From Phallusia mammillata (taxonomy: Eukaryota), in assembly GCA_965637545.1 (NCBI GenBank), contig OZ281500.1:2604001-2668000 (forward strand): DNA of 64,000 nucleotides, read 5' to 3'. Below the pieces are notes generated by a model. It did no database searches. It was not told the origin of the DNA and saw only the letters and a program-made list of their open reading frames with translations. Positions 1-10,999 of this stretch are shown one piece after another (within the stretch, counting starts at the first letter, position 1; every line of letters starts with the position of its first letter). The position numbers and the translations under genes were made by a program.

Positions 1-99
1 AAATAAAAACTTTTTGCCATAAAACAAAGAGCTCAATGGCGTCTGTTTAATTAACATGCGACTTGCTTTTTGCAGTTAAAATTTAATACGTCAAAGCTA

Positions 100-639
100 A
101 ATGAAACAAACAAAGCTCATACACAAGATGACATCTTTAACCGTTGGTATTTTGAACGGCGTGTTTTTAATGCCCAATTATTTTTGGTCTTGTACCCCTG
201 GCGTTTTGAACCAAATAATCGACCTACCTGTCAAGTTGTTGGCAGAGACGCTGACGTCAGTTGTCAAATTTGTAAGGTTATGAAACGTTGCCGTTGACGC
301 ATTATTCTGTACAGTTACAAGGCTTCTGTAACGAAAACATATTTAGTGTAGCTGTTTGTCAAGTTTATTTTTATTGCAAAAAACTACATGGAACTGCTGT
401 CTCAATTTTCTTTACCAAAATACGTTTGTGAAAAGCATTCGCAAAGAAAACACTAGAATGAAAGCAAACTGTTAATTTATTGTATATTTTAGGTGGTATG
501 ACGTACATTAGAGTCACATAAGAAATAAAGCCACATTTCTTGCAAAGTAAATATTGGAACATGTTGCTTACAAGACCTCTGCCTTGTCTTTACGTGTCTT
601 TGTTTCAAAAAAGCACTTTTGGTAAGCTTAACACATGTC
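100..639 (-). pseudogene. Class A GPCR ECL2/TM5/TM6 region, disrupted
   Basis: From acceptor tttAG (641-640), TCVK...SCKQHVPIFTLQEMW needs a 1-nt frameshift near 531 to continue into TM5-like FISYVTLMYVIP. A TM6-like stretch, RRSKYQRLKMSSCV*ALFVSF, carries an in-frame TGA (119-117). Confidence 0.5.
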
Positions 640-722
640 CTAAATTTTGTTAGGATATCACTTATTCCATGTTCAATTGAATAGGTGCATACTTTAATCC
701 CAATTATACCTATAGGACTCAC

Positions 723-881
723 CCGTCAATCTCGTTCGAAAGTGGGAATATATGTTGTTGGCACATTGCAGCTAATGCAGAAGCGGGAATTGATACAACC
801 CAACTTAATAAGATGTTGCATTTGGTTGTCTGCTTGTTGGATTTCGTCCTAGATTTTAGTGGGCGACAGAGTCCGTAATAC
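723..881 (-). pseudogene. Class A GPCR exon 3 (ICL2-TM4)
   Basis: Acceptor gtttAG; (R)YYGLCRPLKSRTK...ILLSWVVSIP... matches ERYxxxCxPL and TM4 Trp; donor GG|gtgagt. Confidence 0.75.
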
Positions 882-1077
882 CTAAACACATTTGCCGATT
901 GAAACACATAGGAGTAAGCAAACAATTGGTACATTAAGAAATAAGCCCCATTTTAAATTAGATAAGAAGATTAAAAACCAACAGGGCAACCGAAATGCAA
1001 TTTTCCATGTAATATACAAACTTTTACAGCGCCTGTGATTTTCATGTAAGCCACAGCCACAGGTGCCATATACTGAC

Positions 1078-1241
1078 CTTTCATAGCCCTGAATGAGCAT
1101 GTTGCACGCCACTCCGCACATAAGAATGTTTTCGCAAAATGATGAAATTAGCGAACTGATTGAAAGGTGAAGTTTGGTTAAGGACAGAACTTGGGCGCTC
1201 ACCATCATACCCAGAGTGAGAAAGACATAAACCGATATATT
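1078..1241 (-). pseudogene. Class A GPCR exon 2 (TM2-TM3)
   Basis: Acceptor ttcaacAG; NISVYVFLTLGMMV...CNMLIQGYE(R); donor AG|gtcag (phase 2). The ERY motif forms across the junction. D2.50 appears replaced by V. Confidence 0.7.
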
Positions 1242-1359
1242 CTGTTGAAGAAAAATGTCACATACTCATTGTAAATTATTACTGGACGCAGTGAAAGCGA
1301 AAAGTAAGAGTTGGCTTATTGTTACAAAATATTATGGGTTGTACTTGTATGGTGTAAAT

Positions 1360-1778
1360 CAGTGGTTCTAAAACTGGGGTCCGTGGTCCGGTCCGTCAGA
1401 CAATTTTGGGGAGACCGCGAAAAGGTTGAAGTACTTCTATAATCTTATTTGGCGTCAGTTTGTGACATTAAATAAGTTTAAATCAAATTAGAATTGAGAA
1501 TCAACTGTCTTCATTGCTAAACAATTAGCCTTTTACTGCATGACAATTAACAAAAATACAATTGTTCGCGCACAATCGTAATGTTTTTTTTGTCTTGTCT
1601 GTGATGTCACATGCTGTGTTTGGATCATTATTTTGCGCAATTTTGCATAATAAGCTAAAATTCTGCGAATCAACTTTCGTTTTTCTGAAATAAACAATCA
1701 GGCTTAAGGACCGCGAGCCCTCAAAATAATGGCAAAGGGACCGCTTGAATAAACAACGAAAAAGTTTGAGAAACACAG
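1360..1778. mobile_element. Non-autonomous hAT element (MITE) in GPCR intron 1
   Basis: TIRs CAGTGGTTCTAAAAC / GTTTGAGAAACACAG; 8-bp TSD gtgtaaat / gtgtaaac (7/8 match). Confidence 0.8.
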
Positions 1779-1937
1779 GTGTAAACGAAGTTCTACGGGA
1801 AGCATTCTCAACTATTTTTCCTTCACAGTTTTATATCACACAGCATTTTTTGTGAGCATGTTTTTGGGATTTTTGTTTTTTGAGATTTTTGTCTTAACTA
1901 TAGTTTCTGTCTATATACAAGATAATATTACTTAGAT

Positions 1938-2208
1938 CAGTGGTTCTCAACTCGTTTCGGGCCATGGACCACCGGCCCAGTAAAAATAATGCCGTGGCGT
2001 GGACCATTCTTTTTGGAGCAAGATTGAAGTACTTATACGAAACAACCATTTGGACTTGAAACATAATTCTTTAAAACCGATTTTCAAGAAGTTAGATACA
2101 ATTATTAACAGCTAACATTTTAAAGCTATATATTATATGCAATCATCTTTCGTTTATCCAACGAACTTTCGTTCGTTTGGTCCATGGACCACCAGTTGAG
2201 AACCACTG
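1938..2208. mobile_element. Non-autonomous hAT element (MITE), young
   Basis: Perfect 15-bp TIR CAGTGGTTCTCAACT / AGTTGAGAACCACTG; perfect 8-bp TSD acttagat (1930-1937, 2209-2216). Confidence 0.92.
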
Positions 2209-2277
2209 ACTTAGATGGTTAACATTTAATCGTTACTACCACTGTTTTCATTTCGTTGATAATTAAATGCATCTTAC

Positions 2278-2409
2278 CAGTTGGTATAAGGTGGCTTTAG
2301 CTCTGAAAAGTTTTTGTCCAACAAGAACACGGATTGAAATACAATTCGTCAAACAACCAAATAAGCAACAAACGAGCAAAATTGTCGAGCAAAGTTGAGA
2401 GTCGTCCAT
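2278..2409 (-). pseudogene. Divergent class A (rhodopsin-like) GPCR, exon 1 (TM1-ICL1)
   Basis: MDDSQLCSTILLVCCLFGCLTNCISIRVLVGQKLFRAKATLYQL. Contains a TM1 GxxxN motif and ends at CTG|gtaag (phase 0). Confidence 0.7.
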
Positions 2410-3345
2410 GTTAGTCCGTGGCTTCACAGTAAGCGTCAATTCACTTTTCCAAACTCAAACCATAAAGTTAATATATTCTCCTGGCAAAGCAAAAACATGC
2501 AATACTGAAATTTGTCAGTCTTTACCTGTGTTTTGTTTCAGTGATTTTAGGCTTAGAATCTAACACTGACACCTTCCTAATGCACATATACGATCCAAGG
2601 TATTTTGTAGAAGTCTGACATTCCGTGTCTGCTAGTTTTCCAGAACAAGAGCAAAAACCGTGTCACGATTTTCGCCTTTACAAACAAACTATTCGTCTTA
2701 TCGTTGAATTTTTATTAACTGGGCAAAAACATCGGTCTATACCTTTCTTCTGCAAACCTGTCACCCATTCTCTTGTCCCTGGTTAAGTATTGATTTCTTG
2801 TGGGCAACTGCCGCTGCATTCATTTTCATGACTGGTTGGTGGTTTTTAATTGCCATCGTTCCAAAGCGAAAAACGGTGTCGGTACACGTTTAGCAATTAG
2901 TGAAGTGTGGCAACAAGGCTTGAAGTCAATATAACAAATTAAAAACAGGATGAATTCGATTCCAAAAGTTAACACATTGATTATTTATTTTGACACTTTA
3001 CCAGTCAAATCAAAATTACATTTTTTGCCGACTACTGGTCTAAACCGTTCAAACTTTTGCTAGATCACTCTGTCTTGTACTTCTGTCTTAAATACCGGTC
3101 GCAGATCACCAAGATTACTTTTTATTAAAACAAGCACAAACGCACGCTAGTCATAATAGCAAAATGGCAAGTATTTTGGCAAAGTTTATAAAAGGCTCTA
3201 CAGTGGCGTTGAAGCGGTCGGCAGCAGGTTAGAAAAGAAAAAAAAAACTTCTTTAATTTCGCGATATAAAATTATGGATTGGTCAATATTAGACAGTTTT
3301 GAAACAGCAGCTAGAGTGTGACGTCACTGGTCGTCATTGATGACA

Positions 3346-3446
3346 TCATAGTTCGTCGGTGATGCTCTCGACAATCGACGACAAGCAGACAAGACTTGAA
3401 TTCCGCTTGGTGTCGCTGTTGACGCTTGTTGTCGGGGAAGTGTGAT
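3346..3446 (-). CDS. MRF: MRF coding exon 3 with Helix III
   Basis: Acceptor atcaacAG; (D)HTSPTTSVNSDTKRNSSLVCLSSIVESITDEL*. SSLxCLSSIVExI is the MyoD Helix III. Downstream AATAAA on the minus strand at 3126-3121 and 2989-2984. Confidence 0.93.
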
Positions 3447-3620
3447 CTGTTGATAAAATAGGAGATTTTTTTTAAGACCTGTTTGTCGATAATTATCTTG
3501 TTGTACATTTTATGTCCGAAAACGGCCTTTGTTTGTGTGTTTTTGCGAGGTCTACCTATCGCCTGAGTCAGACGCGTGTTTTTGAGAAACGTTCAGACAG
3601 TATAATCGTTTTAGAATTAG

Positions 3621-3684
3621 GTAAGCTTGGTTGTGTAAGCGCAAATTTGGGCTTGTGTAAGCTTGGTTGTGTAAGCGCAAATTT
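3621..3684. repeat. Tandem duplication, 36-bp period, in MRF intron 2
   Basis: gtaagcttggttgtgtaagcgcaaattt occurs at 3621-3648 and 3657-3684. Confidence 0.9.
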
Positions 3685-4231
3685 GAAATTAGCTTAGAAT
3701 TTTTGCATAACAGTTTACGCTGGTCCACACATCGTTTTATATTATGTTTAAAACCAGAATTTTAAATCTCCAAAATATTTGTAAATATTACACAAACGTA
3801 CAACTTTCCGAAAATAGTTTTACTGTAATTCTCAAAAATACTTTTACTGTAAAAAGTATTTTGTCGCAATACTAAAATATTATTTGATGACTTGTACGCT
3901 TATGCTGTACGAAATGTCACAAACTTTATCGTTTGGCTGTGAGAAGCCATTTCGATGTACAAGCCGCCACATAGTTGCTAATCCCCCGGCCTACATGTAA
4001 GGCCTTGATGTGCAGGCGCTGACAGGACGACACGAATTGTAATTGGCAAATTCTTAAGCTCGACGTCATAGTTATTTAACGCTTTCGTCAGCGAAGCATT
4101 CGAGAATTTACTTTTCTGGATTAGCTTTCTGGACAGCAGTTTTTGTGTAAACCTAATCAATAGTAATCTCTGGGTGGTAGAAGGGTCCAATTTTGCTTGC
4201 CAATTATTTATTTAATGAAGTCATAACTTAC

Positions 4232-4316
4232 CGACTGAGTCTTCGGAAAAGCACATCACTCCGGGTGGTGATGTCAGACTTACGTCATCGCCGCGCTGTA
4301 GCATTGAGAGCTGCTC
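4232..4316 (-). CDS. MRF: MRF coding exon 2
   Basis: Acceptor ttttgcAG; EQLSMLQRGDDVSLTSPPGVMCFSEDSV; donor G|gtaagt (phase 1), which puts exon 3 in the Helix III frame. Confidence 0.85.
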
Positions 4317-4819
4317 CTGCAAAATACAACAAACAATGTTAGTTTTTTTTTCATGTTGAGGGCACTGCTGCAAAGAAATCGCTCATACTGCTGCTGGTCG
4401 TTTAAAGGGTCGACATCATTTCTATGTGTTCTGAGGCAGCGTTCCCATAACGAATTCGCTAAAACATTAGAAGTTGGCAAGAGCCGAATTGGCTGACCGC
4501 AAAGAGCAGGCCCCAAGTGGCGGAGAGGCACGCGCTACAAGCTGCCTGGCCTTCTCTTATATTTCCGGCACGTCGTGGCATGCCGCTATCACGAGTAATA
4601 TTACTGCAAATTCTTGTAAGCCCCCGGGACGCCTAGGCACGAGCCAAGATTTCAACGCGGTTATAAGGAGGCTGGTCTAAAGCGTTTACTTTGCTCTGCT
4701 GGTTTATTAGCCTCAATGTGATATTAAAAGGAACGGCGTGAGTGGAGCATTCACAACAAAGGCGTAGCCATCATTAAAACTTAATCCAGCAACAAACATT
4801 AGGTTAATTTGAAACTTAC

Positions 4820-6322
4820 ATTTAATGCGTCGGTGCAGCCTTCGGTGTTCACTGGCGACACGGGCGTTGAAGGTGACGTCATCGCCAGCCTGATGACGTC
4901 ATTGCCGTTGCAAAAGTTGGGCGACATGCTCGCCGGGCTGGAGAAGGCCGACAATGCTTCGGCGTGGGTCGTGGATGCCAAGGAGTTTCCTGTTTTATCT
5001 GCTTGCTCTTCCGGTTGTTGATGGTCGCCGTACAGGATCCGTTGAAGATTGCAGATGTAGGTTATGGCGTTGCGAAGTATCTCGACCTTGGGGAGACGCT
5101 GGTTCGGGTTCGCGCATGCGCACCGTTTCAGAGTTTCGTACGCTTGATTGACTCGCTTGAGACGCCGACGTTCGCGCAGGGTGGCCGCGCGGCGACGGTC
5201 ATGAGGTCCGCTTTTGCGTTTGCAGGCTTTGCACGCCCAGGCAAGGCACTGGTGGCCGTTAGGATGGCTTGTGTGGTGAAATGAGGACAAACTGTTTTCT
5301 TCATCGCCCTGATCGAACATTCCGTCGCTACCTGACAGACTGTTGCTGATTTGGAGTCCTGGGATTTTGGCGAAATGCACTCGCTCGGTGTTGGAATGAG
5401 CGTCAAAATCAAGTGCGTCCTCCGAAAAATTTGTCATGGCATCCGACTTGAAGATCAACTGTTCCGAGTTGGTAAATGCACTGGTGCGCATGTCGATTTT
5501 GTTTGAGGGAAACACTGCACTGGTAACCGGATTTGGAACCTTGTGGCTGGGTTTGAAGTCGCGTGACTTTTCCGAGGATGAAGAAAGTGAAAGCAGCTCC
5601 TCGACACTTGGTAGCGCTGTATCAATTGACAAGTGAGGTCGTTTTGCTGGTGTACCTTCGGTAAAATATTGCATCATAGCCTTGATGGCGTCCTCATTCT
5701 CTTCGCAGTTACCAAAGGTCAGAGTGGGTTCAATGCTGGAAATAGGTGGGGCCGCTGCTTCCTCGTCAAATGACGTCACAACGGGATAGTGCAACTTTGG
5801 TTCGCTGGCGATGACGTAATCGCTTTCAAGAAGGTTCTCCAGTGCGAGTTCAAAGTTTGCAGAATTGTCAATCTGTTCCTTTTTGATTGGTTTTTCCAGA
5901 GTAACCTGGCCCTGAGTTTTAAGGCCTTGGACTGGGCCAAGTTGTGGGCTCACGACGTACTGGTCCGTTTGGGTAGGAAACACCGGCTCCGGTGACGTAA
6001 ACATGACGTCACTATGTGTGGTAGATGACGTAAAATTGGTGAGCTCCTCCAGGATCGAAAGATCGCTCTTCATCGCAATTTCGTCCATTCGTTTTTGTTC
6101 CTCCTCTTTGGTCTTTGCATCACGTGACTCTGATACCTCCCGTTCTGAAATGGATTCTGAGAGCAGGACGTCGTGGCTGCTGCGCTTTCTGCGTGGCGAC
6201 TGCGTCACAAAACGTAACTGTGACGTCATCTCTGGGGTTGCCATCAGCGACTGCAGGCAAACGCTGCCATTGCTGAACATGTAGGAAGCGAAGTCCAACT
6301 CTTCGAATGGTAGGCAAGTCAT
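4820..6322 (-). CDS. MRF: Myogenic regulatory factor (MyoD family bHLH), coding exon 1
   Basis: 501 codons. Contains the Cys/His domain [18 protein letters not shown] and the myogenic b[30 protein letters not shown]...[17 protein letters not shown] (Ala-Thr myogenic code). Ascidian-type long N-terminus. Donor AAT|gtaagt, phase 0. Confidence 0.98.
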
Positions 6323-6769
6323 ACTTTAAATATTTTGTTCTGTTAAACAACAAACAAATGGTTTGACAAAGTTTCGCTCAATTTGTCCAACAAAAAAACC
6401 TTTCATAGATTGCTAACTGTTCTGCATAAAATGGTTCCTTTCTATGCTATCGAAAATAGTTGCTAATTTTATCACGAATTATTTTAAAATTTTGATTTTA
6501 TTTGCATCGCCCCAATAAGATAAATTAAAACAGTTAATAATTTTAACAACTAAATTTCGAAAACACACGCATTTCTACCTCGATACACTTTTGAAATAAA
6601 ACGTAAACGTATTTATCAAATATTTCACCCGGTTTAAAACCCCCATTTCAAAAACGTGTATAAATCTTCTAACATTGTTTTATGTCTAAAACATTTTGGA
6701 ACGAGTAAATTTTCTGAGATGATACTGATACGTTTGTTCTTTGCTTTGTCTTATTGTCGAAGCGACTCG

Positions 6770-7100
6770 ACTGCTAAACTGATTCGACTGTAGCTCATCA
6801 CCGATCAGTGCCTTCCATTTATTGCAGTTCAATTATCACGTCACAATCGACTTCGGCAAACTTCTTCGCGTCACCGCTGAACGAGTTCAGTCTCCCGGGA
6901 TGCCCCTGCGTCACGTGACCCGGCTTTGAAGTCGTCGCAACTCACTCGTACCCGTGCGCAGCGCCGGTCTTGCCAACCTTCGCTGGACCAATCGGCGTGA
7001 AATGCGTGCGCTAAGCGTTTAACGTCAGACAAGGAGCGAATTCCATGCGAACTTTTCCAAATGCATGGAGCCGTATTAGTTGGTGACATCATTAATAGTT
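6770..7100 (-). promoter_or_regulatory. Probable Mrf proximal promoter
   Basis: CpG-rich island upstream of a splice acceptor (6341-6340) that lies 17 nt before the ATG. Contains TATA/CArG-like CAATAAATGG (6824-6815), E-box CACGTG (~6912), EBF-like TCTCCCGGGA (6891-6900) and CRE half-sites. Confidence 0.55.
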
Positions 7101-8042
7101 TTCCAACTTTGATGTACTTCTTTGACCTTTTGCTAGTGGTAGTTGTTATAGTGGTAAACAGTGTACATTTTTGCGTATCTTTCCATCACCGAAAGTCAAA
7201 TTTTTGAGTATTACAAGACAAAAAATGGGCACACTTTTAACTGCGCATTTTTGTACTCTTACGACTTATTAATCGACCTTGTTATGGGCAAAAGTGTCTT
7301 TATTTGTTTTTATTAAGTCAAAATCTTCATTTACAATTGTTACTTTGCGACTTCTAACGGTTAAGCCAGTGAAACTATCACGCTATTTATACACTGGCCA
7401 CTTCATAAAAATCAGCTTTACTCATACAGACACAAACTAATATTGCAAGAAGCTCATTTAGAAACATTACGTAAACAGAGATTCACTTGCTGTCTTGTGG
7501 GACCAAGTTACATATAACCACAAGTGAATCATAATATCAATGTGCATTAGTTTCGAAGGTCATGCAAGTTAACGAGACAGACTTGTGACTACGAAAGTAA
7601 ATGTCATAGCCCGGGAATACAGGACGTTATTTGGCGACTTTGCAATGACGAGATAAATTAAATTATTATTGTTGTTTATTGTTCACTGATCAATTTGGGT
7701 TTGGAAATCAGAGTTACAATGTAGCAGAGTTAAAAAGTAGCTGTATCCAAAATCAAATTGCCAAACATTCGAAAGATATGCTTTGATTCTAAATTAAAGA
7801 TTTGTTCTAAAAATGGTAATGCAAAAATGCTATTAGGAATTGATTTTGCTTTTAGTACGTAAATGTGTTTTTTTATTGCACATAAATATAGATGTAGTTA
7901 AAAAAAATAGTTTGTGGATTTTGTTATGAATTACAGAACTATAAGCTTAAATTTTGGCATATTTGAAACTGAGTTAAATCAATGTCAGCTAAATTGTACA
8001 GATCAAACAATTTGAAAACTTCCGTTCTGACACATAATAGCA

Positions 8043-8930
8043 ATGTTTGAATCTTCAGACACTTTCACATTTAACGCCATGGTCAAATCTGTCATATCCG
8101 ACCAGGAGGAAAACATATGCTGGTTTTACGATCGCGTGGTACGATACCTATTGTTATGTGCTACCTCTACAACTTCCATATCCTTTGTCGCACGGCACGC
8201 GACCGCTATTTTATTAGGCAACAATCACTGCGTGCGCGCGTCATCGCGTTACTGAAACTGCGGTCGGGAGATTTTTAATGCATTGGCTTGATTTTTTTAA
8301 AGATTAATTGTCTTATTGAAACTGTTTGGACTGCTTTTGATTAAAACACTGACCTTAAGTAAAAACATAACTTGGTACATAGTAGTCGCAGTTTGTGATT
8401 TTTATCGTGAAATGCAAATGACATTTTAACATGTGATAAATATGTATTAAACTAAAGATTTTTCCCAACATTTTATAAGAACAATTGAGAATGACCATGA
8501 CTTGTTTGTATAAAGCAGGAGGGCGAATTTAAAACAGCAACTTTGGTGCATCTAAATCTAATCACTAAAACTTTGTCTTTTGTATACTTTGTTATTGATT
8601 GTGGTGCTTACTAATGGTGCTTTGATTATGTAAAATCGAATGTAAATATGTTACATATTGGATTTTTGGTTCCACGCTTAGGTTTCTTCGGTTAAAAAAT
8701 ATAATTGTCACCAATGTTCGAGAAAATTACTTTCAAACCTAATAGTTAGAAACGAAAACAAACAAATAAACTCGGCACCACGTCTCAAACCGAATTGCGG
8801 TCCTAATGAGCAAAGGGGGCAAAAACGACAGATGTCCTTAGATGATAACCTGCGAAAACGAATAGAGGCGAAACTTTTCGTACGCGCTTCGTTGGAAGGT
8901 GAAAGACTGGATGAGATGCGACGTTGGTGA
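8043..8930 (+). CDS. Candidate 2-exon orphan gene (8043-8138 + 8682-8930), 114 aa
   Basis: Phase-0 donor GTG|gtacga and acceptor cgcttAG. Exon 2 is open for 82 codons starting exactly at the acceptor. AATAAA at 9236. No family recognised. Confidence 0.35.
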
Positions 8931-9828
8931 GAAATAACTAAGAACGGTTTGATTTCGTTAATTTAGACCTAGTTCGAAACGCTAATTAGAAAGGTCAATA
9001 TCACCCGTCAGCGAATGATAGAATCTGTATTAATACACGGTAATATATGTAAAAGTGTTAAATTAAACCATTAATTCGTGTGAAAGAATTGTTGAACTTA
9101 TATAGAGTGTTTGAACTAAGCGAGACCAAACCCTTCATCAGGCAGACGATTATATGATTCAATAACTATAGAAAAGAAAAATATTTTCCTAAATATATAT
9201 ATCGCCTAATGCAGGCATCTTCAGTTTCCTGTACAAATAAAATTAGGTGTAATAATAGCGAAAAATCAAATGTAAAATCGAAATTCTGTTATACAACATT
9301 CCAAGAATGTATGACACATTCATATATCATGCTGCATTAATGTTTTATGCATTAACAACCACCGCATTAGCTTAACATTTCAGAAATACTTGGGCACATT
9401 TACCTACATTGCGTGGAGTTTCCTCTTTAGATAAAATCAATAATTAGTTTTGTGATGTGATGTTGTGAAGTTATTAATGTTGTGGATTCAAAATTTAACG
9501 CATTAAACTGTAGTCCAAGTACAGTAAAAATAGAAACTCGACATGTAAACTCGACATGTAAACCTTCCATGAGACATTTTGTCACTGCTGGGCCGCACAG
9601 AAATAGTATTATTATGTGCATTAAACACAATTTTGTGGTTTTTGGCCATTATCATACATAGGGGAGCACACCCTATCAAAACGAAAGCCATCATTAAAGA
9701 AACCAAGGTATGTTGCTTGTAGTCACTTTTGGATGTTGTTGTGCCAAAGTAGTGTTTACATTGGCGGTTTGTACGTAAAACACTACAACGGCCTAAACTT
9801 GGTATTCTAAGGTGACCCCAGTTGAGGC

Positions 9829-9907
9829 ACAATACTTGCCAATGCCGGAGTATGCAATACTATACTTATACAATACTTGCCAATGCCGGAGTATGCAATA
9901 CTATACT
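9829..9907. repeat. Tandem duplication, 41-bp period, 2 copies
   Basis: acaatacttgccaatgccggagtatgcaatactatact is repeated exactly. Confidence 0.95.
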
Positions 9908-10631
9908 GAACTGCTGTTGCTGATGTTACTTGTGTTTTAAACGACTTTTTTTACTCTACTATATCAAGTTACCTAAAAACCGAATCGTGGTGATCGTTAA
10001 ATTTGCTGATTCGGCAAATCGTTCTTCTGGCACGTTTCATTTGTCTTCAAAGTTGCAAAAACTATACAGGCTATATCACGTTTATCACGTTTACTGGTTT
10101 CAAAAAGTTTAGTCCGATACTGTGAAAGTATCCGGTATCTGCGACAACTTGCAATAATGTATGCGTTAACCTGGCACCGAAAGCAAAACAAATGGCAACA
10201 TTTTTGAAATTTTTGAAACACACCAAGCTAAAACTTTTTGTCAAAAAACAAATATTTACCCTTCTTCAACAGATGTGTGTTGTTGCAAACATAGCAGTAG
10301 AAACCTGAAACGGCAAAGTCAACCATTATTTGTTAATAGTTAATATCCTAAGCTTTCATTTTGCTAAAATTTATATTTATGGACCGCTCCTCCTCCAAAA
10401 AGGACCCATATGATACAGTAATGGAAAGTCTGAGAACCCCCGGATTATGGGGTCCGTGAACACAGACTTTGCAGCATTTTAAAGTACTTTAAACATTTTT
10501 TTAAAATGCCTCACTGAACATTGAAGTCACATTTTTTGAAACACCAAAACAAAACCGCTTCTTAGTCCTTTTTATGTAACAACTGGGTAATTTTGAAGTG
10601 TTCGACCCCCAAAGTTGATGCTAGTTACAAC

Positions 10632-10736
10632 CATAGTGGTGGGATTCAGCCGGTTCGCACCCTTTGCAACAGAACGGGCTGAAAAATATGACTTTTGTGA
10701 TAGAACCGGCTGGCAAAAAAATGAATCCCACCACTG
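10632..10736. mobile_element. 105-bp hAT MITE
   Basis: TIR CA(ta)GTGGTGGGATTCA / TGAATCCCACCACTG; perfect 8-bp TSD gttacaac. Confidence 0.88.
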
Positions 10737-10999
10737 GTTACAACACAAAATGGAAACTGGGTAAGCAGATCACTTTAAGGCCGAAAACGAAGATGATCAA
10801 ACATTCGAGGTATACGTGATCACATCACCAAAACCGGTTTGAACCGGTTTAAACGCATTAACATCTCAGTGGCTTCGCAAGACTTCTTTCAAGTACTTAA
10901 GGTATGTGATCGTGGTTTTGAAGTCAGTATGTTCAGCCAAAGACCCCGTTACAAATGTTGCGGCATGATAATTAAGTTTCATTGTCGATTCAATTGCAT

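Noticed and set aside
4809-6353. Several ORFs overlapping MRF exon 1
   Set aside because: They are antisense or alternative-frame shadows of a GC-richer coding exon.
9189-9230. Penelope-type hammerhead-like motif on the minus strand (CTGAAGA T GCCTG-CAT-TAGGC GATA)
   Set aside because: The core GAAA reads GATA and stem I has only 3 bp, so at best it is a dead relic.
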